Shown one piece after another: positions 19,026 through 28,846 of a stretch of 64,000 nt of DNA. Every line of letters begins with the position of its first letter. Positions within the stretch are counted from its first letter, which is position 1. A model generated the notes under the pieces. The model was not told where the DNA came from and did no database searches. It saw only the letters and a program-made list of their open reading frames with translations. Source of the stretch: an uncultured delta proteobacterium (GTDB lineage Bacteria; Desulfobacterota; Binatia; HRBIN30; BPIQ01); assembly GCA_963761335.1 (NCBI GenBank), contig CAVXGR010000018.1, positions 32,001 to 96,000 of the forward strand, read 5' to 3'. Made by a program: the position numbers and the translations under genes.

Positions 19026-19168
19026 TTGGCCCCGACGCTGTGGAGCTTGGATAGCTCGCTCGGCTAGGCGAGTTCCGCCGATCCACTTGCCCGAGCCCCA
19101 TCCGCCCCGGACTTACCTGCGCGCCGTCTTTGTGCTTTCATTGCCATACGACGAGGTGGCGGAGAAAA

Positions 19169-20212
19169 GTGCTTCCCCATAGACGAACGTTCTGTAGGTT
19201 GGCGGTTGCCGCGCTGCTGGCGGCCTGCGTTCCGGCGGCGCTGGCACGGGTGTGGACGGAGCAGGACTTCCTCGACAAGCCCTACCTGAAGGGGCCGCTG
19301 GTGGCCATTCCCAGCGATGACCTGGCGACCGAACGCACGGTGATCGGGGCGACCTCGTTCCACCAGGCACAGAAGGGTGACACCTTCCTCGACGTGGCCC
19401 GCTACTACGGCCTCGGCTACAACGAGATGGTGGACGCCAACCCCGGGGTCGATGCCTGGGTGCCGCCTCCGGGCCAGGCGATCCTGCTGCCGACCGAGTG
19501 GGTTCTGCCGCAGGCCGAGTACCGGGGCGTGGTGGTGAACATACCGGAGATGCGCCTCTACTACTTCCACCCGCGGCACGGCAGTGACGATCCGCTGCTG
19601 GTCAGCACCTATCCCGTCGGCCTCGGGCGCGACGACTGGCGCACGCCGGAGGGGAAGTTCAAGATCCGCGGCAAGACGGTGAACCCGACCTGGAACATCC
19701 CGCCGTCGATTCGCGAGGAGCGACTGCGGGAGAAGGGGCTCACCGATGCCATGATTCCCGGCGGCTCTCCCGACAATCCGCTCGGCAAGTACCGCATCGA
19801 GCTCAGCCTGCCGATGTACGGCATTCACGGCACCAACATTCCGTGGGGCGTGGGCATGCAGGTCAGCCACGGCTGCATTCGCCTCTATCCCGAGGACATC
19901 GAGCAGCTCTTCCCGGCCGTGCAGGTCGGCGCCCCGGGCGAGTTCGTCTACCAGCCGGTGAAGATCGGCGCCCGCGACGGCGAGATCTACGCCGAGGTGC
20001 ACAAGGACATCTACAATCTGACTCCGGGACCCTACAGCGAGGCGATGCGCCTGATTCGCGAGAAGGGCTGGGAGAGCCGCATCGACGCCCGGCGGCTGCA
20101 GCGCGCCGTCGTCGAGCAGTCGGGGGTCCCGATAATCGTCAGCCGGGACGCCGGCGACGACGGCATCCAGGAAGAGATCATCGAGCTCCCCCGCCGCAGC
20201 GCCCGCCGCTGA
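19169..20212 (+). CDS. L,D-transpeptidase (ErfK/YcfS type, with LysM)
   Basis: LysM-like GDTFLDVARYYGLG...ANPGVD; VNIPEMRLYY; GIHGTN...SHGCIRL catalytic motif. Confidence 0.93.
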   Translation: MLPHRRTFCRLAVAALLAACVPAALARVWTEQDFLDKPYLKGPLVAIPSDDLATERTVIGATSFHQAQKGDTFLDVARYYGLGYNEMVDANPGVDAWVPPPGQAILLPTEWVLPQAEYRGVVVNIPEMRLYYFHPRHGSDDPLLVSTYPVGLGRDDWRTPEGKFKIRGKTVNPTWNIPPSIREERLREKGLTDAMIPGGSPDNPLGKYRIELSLPMYGIHGTNIPWGVGMQVSHGCIRLYPEDIEQLFPAVQVGAPGEFVYQPVKIGARDGEIYAEVHKDIYNLTPGPYSEAMRLIREKGWESRIDARRLQRAVVEQSGVPIIVSRDAGDDGIQEEIIELPRRSARR

Positions 20213-20303
20213 CTCGAGGCAGGGACCCCTCGCCTCCGTCCGGGGCACCACTCACTGCCACGCCTTCATGACAAAGCGCCGGGTTATCTGGTAAAGCTGC
20301 GGG

Positions 20304-21167
20304 ATGCTGGTGAGCTCGCGGAATCGGTGCCGCGCAGGGGTGGCGCGGAGGAGAGAGGTGTGGCGGCGGGGTGGAAGTGGAGCGCGGTGCGCGCTGCTGT
20401 CGCTGGTTGCCGCCGTATCCTTTGCCGCCTGCTCCCACGCCCCGGAGCCGCCTCCGCGGCCGAAGGCGATCGTCGACCTGTCGCCCATTCTCGATCGCGA
20501 CACGGTGCAGATTCAGTACGGCACCAAGGCCGTCGAATTCTTCGGGCTGCACCGGCAGTCGCAGATTGCGCCGGTGCGCCCGCAGTCGGCGCTGCGCACC
20601 TACGGCTTCACCTATTTCGACATTCTCAGCCATGCCGGCGCCCATCTCGACTCTTCGGCGCGCCTGCTGCGCGACGGCATCCGCCCCGCCGACGTGCCGC
20701 TCGACAAGCTCTTCGGATGGAGCCGCATCGTCGACATGCGCTGGCACGACCGCTCGAGCCCGATCACCGTCGCCGACCTGGAGACCTACAACATCCGCGC
20801 CGGGGAGATCGTCATTCTCGACATCGGCTACGTGCCCCCGGGCAGCGACGAGTGGCCGCAGTACGCCTATCTCTCGGACACCGCGTCGCGGTGGCTCGCC
20901 GATCTCGGAATCCGCGCCATTGCCACCGACATGCCGAGCCTCAGCAGCCTGCGGCAGGTCGCCGACCTGATGGAGAAGGGGCGGCCCCCGGAGGAGATCT
21001 GGTCGGCGCACGTGCCCTTCTTTCAGGCCGACATTCCGGTCATCGAAGGCCTGGTGAACCTCGACGCCATTCTCGGCGAGCGGCGCGTCTACTTCGTCGG
21101 CTTTCCCCTGCCGCTGCTCGATCGCAGCGGCGCGCCCATGCGGGCGGCGGCACTCCTCTACGAGTGA
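20304..21167 (+). CDS. Cyclase-family (kynurenine formamidase-like) metal-dependent hydrolase, probable lipoprotein
   Basis: HAGAHLD metal motif, IATDMPS, IPVIEGLVNL, GAPMRAAA; lipobox-like FAAC; true start may lie downstream. Confidence 0.8.
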   Translation: MLVSSRNRCRAGVARRREVWRRGGSGARCALLSLVAAVSFAACSHAPEPPPRPKAIVDLSPILDRDTVQIQYGTKAVEFFGLHRQSQIAPVRPQSALRTYGFTYFDILSHAGAHLDSSARLLRDGIRPADVPLDKLFGWSRIVDMRWHDRSSPITVADLETYNIRAGEIVILDIGYVPPGSDEWPQYAYLSDTASRWLADLGIRAIATDMPSLSSLRQVADLMEKGRPPEEIWSAHVPFFQADIPVIEGLVNLDAILGERRVYFVGFPLPLLDRSGAPMRAAALLYE

Positions 21168-21168
21168 G

Positions 21169-22080
21169 TCAGGAAGCGTAGGCGGCGAAGAGATCGGTGA
21201 AGCCCTGCATCTGGCCGCCGCGCACCGCGGAGGGCACCAGGATCGGGGTGCGCACCCCGGCGTCGAGCCAGGCCTCCACGCCCTCGCGCACCTCGGCGGC
21301 GGTACCGAAGAGGGTGACGTCGTGCAGCCAGCGATCGCTCATCAGCTCCGGCAGCCGCTCCCGCTCCCCGGCGTCGAGCGCCGCGGCGATCGCTTGCATC
21401 TCCTCGCCGTAGCCGGCCTCGACCCAGTAGGCGCGGTAGTTGGGGAGAGCCACGTAGCCGCTGAGCGTGCGCCGCATCACCGCGGCGGCCGCGGCGCGGT
21501 CGTCGGCGATGCAGGTGGGAATCATGTTGCCGATGAAGAACGAATCGCCGGCGCGCTTCTCCGGCGGCAGGAAGCCGAGCGAGGCGCGCATGTGCGAGCG
21601 GGCGGCGTTGGCCCACACCGCCCCCTGGGCGATGTCGCCGGCGAGCTCGACCATCTTGCGGCGCAGAGTGGCGAGGACCAGAGGCGGCAGCTCGCCGTTG
21701 CGCTCGCCGTGCCGGCGCAGCTGCTCGGCGAAGCGGCGCACGTCGGCAAGCGGCTTGCCGGTGGCCACCCCGAGGCGCTCGTTCACCGGCTGGTGGCTGA
21801 CGCCGACGCCGAAGTGGAAGCGGCCGCGGCCGAGCTCGTGGATCAGCGCCACGGTCTGCGCGTAGTCGGCGGGGTGGCGCGTGTAGATGCTGGCGATGGC
21901 GGTGCCGAAGGCGATCTCGCCGGTGCACAGCGCCAGCGCCTCGCACAGGCCGAGGCCGTCGCCGAAGCTCGGGCAGTAGATGCCGGCAAAGCCACGGCGC
22001 TCGATCTCGACGGCCAGCTCCAGGGTGGCGGCCCGGCGTCCGGGCATCGCGGCCAAACTGACCGCAGGCATTCTCTCCAT
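21169..22080 (-). CDS. LLM-class flavin/F420-dependent oxidoreductase
   Basis: FGTAIASIYTRHP, GRFHFGVGVSH, KMVELAGDIAQG. Confidence 0.85.
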   Translation of the reverse strand: MERMPAVSLAAMPGRRAATLELAVEIERRGFAGIYCPSFGDGLGLCEALALCTGEIAFGTAIASIYTRHPADYAQTVALIHELGRGRFHFGVGVSHQPVNERLGVATGKPLADVRRFAEQLRRHGERNGELPPLVLATLRRKMVELAGDIAQGAVWANAARSHMRASLGFLPPEKRAGDSFFIGNMIPTCIADDRAAAAAVMRRTLSGYVALPNYRAYWVEAGYGEEMQAIAAALDAGERERLPELMSDRWLHDVTLFGTAAEVREGVEAWLDAGVRTPILVPSAVRGGQMQGFTDLFAAYAS

Positions 22081-22171
22081 GCGCCGGCATACTTCGCTGC
22101 CGGCGGTAGCGAGTCAAGCCGGCGCCGGGAGCGATTGCCAGAGGCGGCGCTTTCTGCCTTATAATCCGCCG

Positions 22172-23020
22172 ATGCTTCGGCCGACGCTCGTCGTACTCAC
22201 GGCGCTGGTGGCGATCCTGGCCGGCGACGTTCTCTTTCGCAACAGCCTGCTGCGCGTGGTGCACCCGGTGATCGTCGAGCCGACGGACGGCGCCTCGCTG
22301 ACGCCGCCGGTGGAGCTGCGCTGGGAGGGGCCGCGGCAGATGCAGGTGACCCTGAGCTACGCCGGTCGCGAGAGCTGGGACCTCGGGCTGCACGAATCGC
22401 CCTTCGAGCTGCCGCCGGAGCACCTGAAGGCGCGCGGCCTCTACAGCGTCGAGATCGCCTCGCCGTCGGTGGGCGAGTGGATCTCCAGCCGGCGCGCTTT
22501 CTTCGTCGAGCCCACCCTCCCCGAGCCGCGCCAGGCGCCGCCGCGCCCCGAGCTGGCGGATCAGCTCACGGAGCTGCAGAAGAGCCTCAGCGATCTGCGC
22601 TCCGACCAGGAGGACCTGCGCGACGAGAACACCGATCTCTACGAGGAGAACGCCTCCATCCGCGAGGAGAACGCCATCCTCACCGAGGAGCTCAATCGCG
22701 TGACCGAGTCGGCGCAGAACAGCCAGGCGCAGGCCGATGCCGCCGATCGCCGCTATGCGGCGCTGGTCGACGAGCACCAGAATCTGTTGCAGCAGGCGGC
22801 GCAGCTGCGCCAGCGCCTCTCCGCGGTGGTGCTCTGCTCGGTCTGGGGCTACTACGCCTACCCGCGGCCGCAGACGATCCCGCCGACGCGGCGCATCGTC
22901 AGCGTCAGCGACAACCGCGGCAACGTCTTCCGCACCCAGGCCGAGTGCGAGGGGCGCCGCCGCGGCGATCCGACCCAGGACTCGGTCTGCTTCTGCGTCG
23001 GCAGCTCCTTCGCCGGCTGA
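22172..23020 (+). CDS. Hypothetical membrane-anchored protein with a coiled coil and a Cys-containing C-terminal domain
   Basis: N-terminal hydrophobic helix; heptad stretch LTELQKSLSDLRSDQEDLRDENTDLYEEN...; four Cys at the C-terminus; TATAAT 6 nt before the ATG. Confidence 0.75.
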   Translation: MLRPTLVVLTALVAILAGDVLFRNSLLRVVHPVIVEPTDGASLTPPVELRWEGPRQMQVTLSYAGRESWDLGLHESPFELPPEHLKARGLYSVEIASPSVGEWISSRRAFFVEPTLPEPRQAPPRPELADQLTELQKSLSDLRSDQEDLRDENTDLYEENASIREENAILTEELNRVTESAQNSQAQADAADRRYAALVDEHQNLLQQAAQLRQRLSAVVLCSVWGYYAYPRPQTIPPTRRIVSVSDNRGNVFRTQAECEGRRRGDPTQDSVCFCVGSSFAG

Positions 23021-23054
23021 GACAGTTTCCCGCGCCGGCTGAGACAGTTTCCCG
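23011..23054 (+). repeat. Perfect 22-bp tandem duplication spanning the stop codon
   Basis: CGCCGGCTGAGACAGTTTCCCG x2. Confidence 0.9.
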
Positions 23055-23086
23055 CCGCCGGCTTTCGTGCTATCTCGCGGGCCGTC

Positions 23087-23254
23087 ATGATTCTCGCCCT
23101 CGTCTCGCGACCCCTGATTGCCGTGCTGCTGGCGTCGCTCCTGGCCATGGCGGTGACGAGCGGCTGCGCCAACAGCATCCTGCGCAACGCCGGCGAGGCC
23201 GGGCTGGAAACGGCCCTCGAGGGGCCGCTGCCGACGCCGACGCTGCGGCGGTAG
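23087..23254 (+). CDS. Small putative lipoprotein (55 aa, not in the ORF track)
   Basis: MILALVSRPLIAVLLASLLAMAVTSG-CANSILRNAGEAGLETALEGPLPTPTLRR*; hydrophobic core plus lipobox-like TSGC. Confidence 0.6.
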   Translation: MILALVSRPLIAVLLASLLAMAVTSGCANSILRNAGEAGLETALEGPLPTPTLRR

Positions 23255-23417
23255 GGGACTGGCTCCTTTTCGGCGCAACAACGATGCGAACATTGGGCTG
23301 GAGTAGGCCGCCGAAAAGGTGCCTGTCCCCGGCGGCTCGCCCGGCAGGGGGACAGCAACTTTTGCGGTGAGATCGTTGCCAGGGTGAACCTGCGAGGCGC
23401 AAAAGTAGCCTGTTCCC
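23254..23417. repeat. Palindromic repeat family B, two-hairpin copy 1
   Basis: GGGGACTGGCTCCTTTTCGGC...GCCGAAAAGGTGCCTGTCCCC followed by GGGGACAGCAACTTTTGCG...GCAAAAGTAGCCTGTTCCC. Confidence 0.85.
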
Positions 23418-23441
23418 AGCCGTGCTGGTAGAAGCGCCGAC

Positions 23442-25073
23442 ATGGATCAGACGCTGAAGCGGGTCGCTGCGCTGGTCGGTTCCGGAGACGTGGAGAGCCG
23501 CTGCGCGGCGCTGCTGGTGCTGACGCAGCTGGGCAGCGACGAGGCACCGGTCATCGATGCCGTGGCCGAAGCGCTGCGGGCGCCCAACGTGGTGGTCCGC
23601 GACTTCGCTCTCACCTACCTGGAGGGCATTCGCCCCAAGGCGGGGCTGCAACACCTGTTGCCGCTGCTCGACAGCGAGGACGACTCGCTGCGTCACCGCG
23701 CCGCCGCGGTCATCGCCGCCTACGGCGCCGCCGCCATCGCCGCCGTCAGGAAGCGGCGGGCCGAGGCGCCGCGCCGGCGCCTGAACGCCATCGTCGAGAT
23801 CGCCGGGCAGGTGCGCACCGCGGCGGCGTACGAGCTGCTCTTCGAGATCATGGCGCAGGGCGACTTTGAGACCAACCGCCTCGCCGGCGACGCCCTCGAG
23901 GCCGCGGTGCGCGACATGGACAGCCGCGCCCGCGGCGAGATCTACACCCGGGTCGACGCCTTCGCCGCGGTGGCGAAGGGCGAACGCGTACCGCTGGTCT
24001 CCGCCCTCAAGCTCTTCGGGGCGCTCGGCGATCGCCGCTGCCGGCGCCGCCTCTTCGGCCTGCTCGGGCGCGAGCAGCCGCATGCCGTGCGCACCCACGC
24101 GCTCGCCGCCCTGGTGCAGTGTCTGCGCGGCGAGTCGCTCAACGGCGGAGAGATCGATCTCCTCCTGCCCCTGCTCGAGGAGGATGACGAGGCGGGCATT
24201 CTGCGTCCGGCGATCACTCTCCTCGAGGACCAGTCTCTCGACCGCCGTCACCTCGAACGCCTGCAGCAGCTGGCGGAGAGCCCGGAGGCGGCGGTGAAGC
24301 GGTTCGCGGTTCACAAGCTCGGCAGCTTCGATTCCGGCGCCGTGGTGCGCAAGCTCATTGGCTACCTCAGCGATGCCAGCTTCGCTCGCCGCGATGAGGC
24401 GGCCGCCGGGCTGAAGAAGACGCCGGCGGCGCGGCCACTGCTGATGAAGGAGCTGCTGGCCTGCGACGAGGAGCGGCGTGCCTGGACGCTGGCCGACATC
24501 CTGCTCGCCCACGACCGCAGCTGGCGCAAGGACGTGCGCGAGCAGCTGTGGGCACGGCTCGCCGAAGCGCTCGAAGGCCGCGAGGACCGCCTCTACAGCG
24601 CCTACTTCCATTTTCTGCGCGAAATCGGTGAGGATGCCGTGCTGGCGCGGATCCGCGAGCGCGGCGACAAGCTGCGGCAGAAGAAGAAGTTCGCCGAGGC
24701 GGCGCGCTGGCTGGGCCTGCTGCGCGACACGCCCGGGTTCGACGAGGAGGCGCGCTACGCGCTGGCAATCGCCGATCTCAAGTCGCGCAAGCATCTTCTC
24801 ACCGGTGCGGTGCGCCGCCACGACGCCGCCCTCGACCTCCTGCGCGATCTCGGTCGCGGCGCCTTTCCCGTCGCCGAGCGCCTGCGCAAGGACCGGAGCC
24901 TGGCGCCGGAGGAGCTGTTCTTCGTCGGCTTCAACTTCGCCGAGGGATCGGCGGAGGAGCGCGCCGTCGGCGCCGAGGTTCTCGAGCACGTCGCCGGCAA
25001 GTTCGGCCGCACCAAGACCGGCAAGGCGGCGCGCAACAAGCTGCGCCTGCTGTCGCCGTCGGTTCGCGACTGA
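23442..25073 (+). CDS. HEAT-repeat alpha-solenoid protein
   Basis: Repeated LLPLLDSEDDSLRHRAA / LSDASFARRDEAA patterns over 543 aa. Confidence 0.8.
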   Translation: MDQTLKRVAALVGSGDVESRCAALLVLTQLGSDEAPVIDAVAEALRAPNVVVRDFALTYLEGIRPKAGLQHLLPLLDSEDDSLRHRAAAVIAAYGAAAIAAVRKRRAEAPRRRLNAIVEIAGQVRTAAAYELLFEIMAQGDFETNRLAGDALEAAVRDMDSRARGEIYTRVDAFAAVAKGERVPLVSALKLFGALGDRRCRRRLFGLLGREQPHAVRTHALAALVQCLRGESLNGGEIDLLLPLLEEDDEAGILRPAITLLEDQSLDRRHLERLQQLAESPEAAVKRFAVHKLGSFDSGAVVRKLIGYLSDASFARRDEAAAGLKKTPAARPLLMKELLACDEERRAWTLADILLAHDRSWRKDVREQLWARLAEALEGREDRLYSAYFHFLREIGEDAVLARIRERGDKLRQKKKFAEAARWLGLLRDTPGFDEEARYALAIADLKSRKHLLTGAVRRHDAALDLLRDLGRGAFPVAERLRKDRSLAPEELFFVGFNFAEGSAEERAVGAEVLEHVAGKFGRTKTGKAARNKLRLLSPSVRD

Positions 25074-25178
25074 ATTCGCCGCTCGCAAAAATCCGTGTGG
25101 CGGGCCCCCCGGGATTGGAGTAAAAGGGAGGCTCTCGAAACAGTCGCGGAGCGGCCGCCGCCGTTCCAGGAGGATTTG

Positions 25179-26156
25179 ATGAAGGCGGTGCGAATCCATC
25201 AATTCGGCGACGCCGGAGTCCTGCGCTACGAAGAGGTGGCGGATCCGCTTCCCGGTCCGGGACAGGTGTGCGTGGCGGTGCACGCCACATCGATCAACCA
25301 CGGAGATCTGGCGCGGCGCGCCGGCAACTATCCGGGGGAGGTCGCCTTTCCGCTGACGCTCGGCTGGGAGGTGGCGGGAACCATCGACGCCGTCGGCGAC
25401 GGCGTTGCTCCGGGACGCGTCGGCGAGCGCGTCGTGGCCATGGTGCCGAGCGGCGGCTACGCCGAGCGCGTGGTCACCGCCGAGGTTGCGGCGCTGCGCC
25501 TGCCGGCGAGAGTCGATTTCGACGTCGCCGCCTCGATACCCGTGGTCTTTCTCACCGCCTGGCATGCCCTGGTGGACCTCGCCGCGGTGCAGCCGCGCGA
25601 GTGGGTGCTGGTGCACGCCGGGGCCAGCGGCGTCGGCATGGCCGGCATCCAGATCGCCAAGCGCCACGGCGCCCGCGTCATCGCCACCGCGAGCACGGCG
25701 CGCAAGCTCGATTTTGCCCGCCGGCTCGGCGCCGAGGCGGCCATCAACTACGTTGAGAGCGATTTCGTCGAGGAGGTGTGGAAGCTCACCGCGGGCACCG
25801 GCGTCGACGTGGTGCTCGAATCGGTCGGCGGCGAGACGTTCGAAGAGAGCCTCGACGTGCTGCGCAACAAGGGACGGCTGGTGACCGTGGGCAACACCAT
25901 CGGCAAGAACTCCGCCGTCGATCCGTCAGCGCTCATCCGCAACAATCTCTCCATCCACGGGCTCTATCTCGGCACCTGGATCATGGAGGGAGGCGCCTGG
26001 GCGGTTCTCGCGGACATCCTCGAGCGGGTGGCCGAGGGAAGCTTTTGCGTCGAGATCGATCGGCGCTTTCCGCTGCGCCTGGCGACCGAGGCGCACGAAT
26101 ATCTTGACGCGCGGAAGAACATCGGCAAGGTGGTTTTGGAAGCGGAAAATCGGTAA
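25179..26156 (+). CDS. NADPH:quinone oxidoreductase (MDR, Qor-like)
   Basis: SD AGGAGG; MKAVRIHQFG, VLVHAGASGVG, GKVVL. Confidence 0.92.
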   Translation: MKAVRIHQFGDAGVLRYEEVADPLPGPGQVCVAVHATSINHGDLARRAGNYPGEVAFPLTLGWEVAGTIDAVGDGVAPGRVGERVVAMVPSGGYAERVVTAEVAALRLPARVDFDVAASIPVVFLTAWHALVDLAAVQPREWVLVHAGASGVGMAGIQIAKRHGARVIATASTARKLDFARRLGAEAAINYVESDFVEEVWKLTAGTGVDVVLESVGGETFEESLDVLRNKGRLVTVGNTIGKNSAVDPSALIRNNLSIHGLYLGTWIMEGGAWAVLADILERVAEGSFCVEIDRRFPLRLATEAHEYLDARKNIGKVVLEAENR

Positions 26157-26226
26157 CAGCGGCACGTTTAGGGACGGGCCGAACGAGCGGCCACGCGATG
26201 ATGATGAGGCCACGCGGAGGACGGAC

Positions 26227-27786
26227 GTGAAGATCTATCTGATTGCCCCGAAAAACCCGGAATCGTTCTGGACCTTCGACCGCATTCTGCAGAGCCTGAA
26301 GAAGAAATGCGTCTTTCCGAACCTCTCCTTGCCGACGGTCGCCGGTCTGACGCCGCCGCCGCACGAGGTGGTGCTCTGCGACGAGAACGTCGATGAGGTC
26401 GACTTCGATACCGACGCCGACATCGTCGGCATCACTGGCTACGTCATCCACAAGAAGCGCATCTTCGAGCTCGCCGACGAGTTCCGCCGCCGCGGCAAGT
26501 TCGTGGTCGCCGGTGGGCCGTTCGCGTCCTTGTGCCCGGAAGAGCTGCGCGGCAAGGTCGACGTCCTCTTCGTCGACGAAGCCGAGTACACCTGGCCGCA
26601 GTTCCTGCGCGATTACGAGGAGGGAGGCTGGCAGCCGGAGTACCACCAGGCCGAGAAGCCGAGCATGCACGACTCGCCGCTGCCGCGCTTCGACCTGCTG
26701 CGCGTCGACTCCTACCGCACCATGACCATCCAGTTCGCGCGCGGCTGCCCGTTCAATTGCGAGTTCTGCGACATCATCGTCATGTACGGCCGGCGGCCGC
26801 GTACCAAGTCGGTGGAGCAGGTGATGGCCGAGGTGCGCGAGATCCATCGCCTCGGTATTCGCAACATCTTCGTGGTCGACGACAACTTCATCGGCAACAA
26901 GAAGGAGGCGAAGCAGCTGCTCAGCGCCTTGGCCGACTGGCAGCGCGGCAACGGCTACCCCATCGAGTTCATGACCGAGGTGACCCTCAACATTGCCCAG
27001 GACGAGGAGCTGCTCGGCCTGATGAAGCAGGCGCACTTCACCACCATCTTCGTCGGCATCGAGTCGCCGCGAAAGGCGAGCCTGCAGGAGACCAAGAAGA
27101 CGCAGAACATGCGCGACGACATCCTCACCTCGGTGCACCGGATCCAGAACGCCGGCATCGAGGTGATGGCGGGGATGATCGTCGGCTTCGACAACGACGA
27201 CGTGTCGATCTTCGAGGAGCAGTTTCGCTTCATCCAGGATGCCCGTATCCCGATCTCCATGACCGGCATGCTCAACGCCGTGCCCAAGACGCCCCTCTAC
27301 AGCCGGCTCAAGAAGGCGGGGCGGCTGATTGCCGAGTCCGTGGGAGATCAGTTCGTCTTCACCAACATCGTGCCCGAGAGCATGTCGCTGGTGGAGCTCT
27401 ACGAGGGCTACAGGCAGCTGCTGCACCGCCTCTACGACTACCGCAACTACCGCCGGCGGACGATGGCGTTGATCCTCAACAAGGGGGCCATGCTCGAGTC
27501 GCGGCTGCTCGCCGGCCGCAGCGACGTGCAGCTCCTGCTGCGCATCCTCTGGACTTGCATCCTGCGGGCCTCGCCGCGGCGCGCCTGGCTGACCGTGTCG
27601 ATGATTCTGGAGACGGCGCTGCGGCGCCCGAAGGCTCTGCGCGACGCGGTCACCCTGGCGCTCATCCACAAGCACCTCTACGAGTACATGCGCGACATCT
27701 CGCGCCAGCTCGACACCCTGATCGGGGAGCTCAAGGCGCTGCCCGAAGGTCAGATCGCCGCGCCGGTGAGCGAGCCAGTCGGCTGA
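26227..27786 (+). CDS. Cobalamin-binding radical SAM protein (class B methyltransferase-like, HpnP/DUF4070 type)
   Basis: N-terminal B12-binding-like domain (LPTVAGLTP, VAGGPFAS); RGCPFNCEFC; VDDNFIGN; IVGFDND. Confidence 0.9.
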   Translation: MKIYLIAPKNPESFWTFDRILQSLKKKCVFPNLSLPTVAGLTPPPHEVVLCDENVDEVDFDTDADIVGITGYVIHKKRIFELADEFRRRGKFVVAGGPFASLCPEELRGKVDVLFVDEAEYTWPQFLRDYEEGGWQPEYHQAEKPSMHDSPLPRFDLLRVDSYRTMTIQFARGCPFNCEFCDIIVMYGRRPRTKSVEQVMAEVREIHRLGIRNIFVVDDNFIGNKKEAKQLLSALADWQRGNGYPIEFMTEVTLNIAQDEELLGLMKQAHFTTIFVGIESPRKASLQETKKTQNMRDDILTSVHRIQNAGIEVMAGMIVGFDNDDVSIFEEQFRFIQDARIPISMTGMLNAVPKTPLYSRLKKAGRLIAESVGDQFVFTNIVPESMSLVELYEGYRQLLHRLYDYRNYRRRTMALILNKGAMLESRLLAGRSDVQLLLRILWTCILRASPRRAWLTVSMILETALRRPKALRDAVTLALIHKHLYEYMRDISRQLDTLIGELKALPEGQIAAPVSEPVG

Positions 27787-27860
27787 GCGCGCAGCGCGCG
27801 CGGTGGATGGGTTCTCGGGTGCAAACCGGTTAACCCATCAACCCGCCAACCTGTATCCGA

Positions 27861-28709
27861 TCAACCGGCGCCGCGGCCGCGGCGCAGGCGCTCGGCGACG
27901 CGGCAGGCGTCCACGGTCTCGGCGACGTCGTGGGCGCGCACTGCGTCGGCGCCGTTGAAGACGGCGATGGCGGCGGCGGCAAGCGAACCGGAAAGCCGCG
28001 CCTCGGTTTCGCGGCGGCCGGTGAGCTTGCCGATGAAGGTCTTGCGCGACACGCCGATCAGCAGGGGACGGCCGAGGGCGTGTAGCCCCTGTAGGCCACA
28101 GAGCACGGCGACGTCGAACTCGTCCCAGGGCACCCGGGCGCGGCGGAAGAAGCCGATTCCCGGATCGAGGACGATCCTCTCGCGGGGAATGCCAGCGCTG
28201 GCGGCGCGCTCCAGGCTGGCACGCAGGAGGCGCGCGCACAGGTCGAGCGGCGGCTCGTCCGTTGGCCCTTCCTCGCACGCCATGAGGATGACGCCCGCTG
28301 CCTGCGCCGCGACGTCGGCCATCGCTGGATCGGCGCGCAGGCCGCTGGTGTCGTTGATGACGCGCGCCCCCGCCGCCAATGCCGCCGCCGCCACCGAGGC
28401 GCGCCGGGTATCCGCGGAAACCGGTACGGAGACGGCGCCCACCACCGCCGCCACGGCTTCCTCCAGGCGCCGGCGTTCCTCCTCTTCGGCGACCTCGGTG
28501 TCGAGATAGGGCGCCGTGGACATGGCGCCAATGTCGATCAGGTCGGCGCCCTCGTCCGCGAGGCGCCGTGCCTGGGCGCGGATGGCCGCGGCGCCAGTGC
28601 GGACCGACGGCTGATGGAACGATTCCGGGCTGACGTTGAGCACCGCGACGACGCGCACCGGTTCGCCGCCGCCGATTCCGACCCCTGCGAGGCTGGCGCC
28701 AAGCTCCAT
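27861..28709 (-). CDS. folP: Dihydropteroate synthase
   Basis: LNVSPESF, IDIGAMSTAP, VINDTSG, LDPGIGF, GVSRKTFIG, RAHDV. Confidence 0.93.
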   Translation of the reverse strand: MELGASLAGVGIGGGEPVRVVAVLNVSPESFHQPSVRTGAAAIRAQARRLADEGADLIDIGAMSTAPYLDTEVAEEEERRRLEEAVAAVVGAVSVPVSADTRRASVAAAALAAGARVINDTSGLRADPAMADVAAQAAGVILMACEEGPTDEPPLDLCARLLRASLERAASAGIPRERIVLDPGIGFFRRARVPWDEFDVAVLCGLQGLHALGRPLLIGVSRKTFIGKLTGRRETEARLSGSLAAAAIAVFNGADAVRAHDVAETVDACRVAERLRRGRGAG

Positions 28710-28846
28710 GGCTCGGTCAAAACCCCACCCGGTGGCGCTGTCAAGGACGTTTCGGTCGTGGGTCGTTTTGAAAACGGGCCACGACCAATGTTTCGGTTGA
28801 AAGCCGCCGGCCCCGGTGTCATTAGCGAGGGCTCAGGAGGGAGCGC

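Noticed and set aside
23254..23417. Family B repeats as a mini CRISPR array
   Set aside because: Repeats are inverted pairs rather than direct, copies are dispersed, and there are no cas genes
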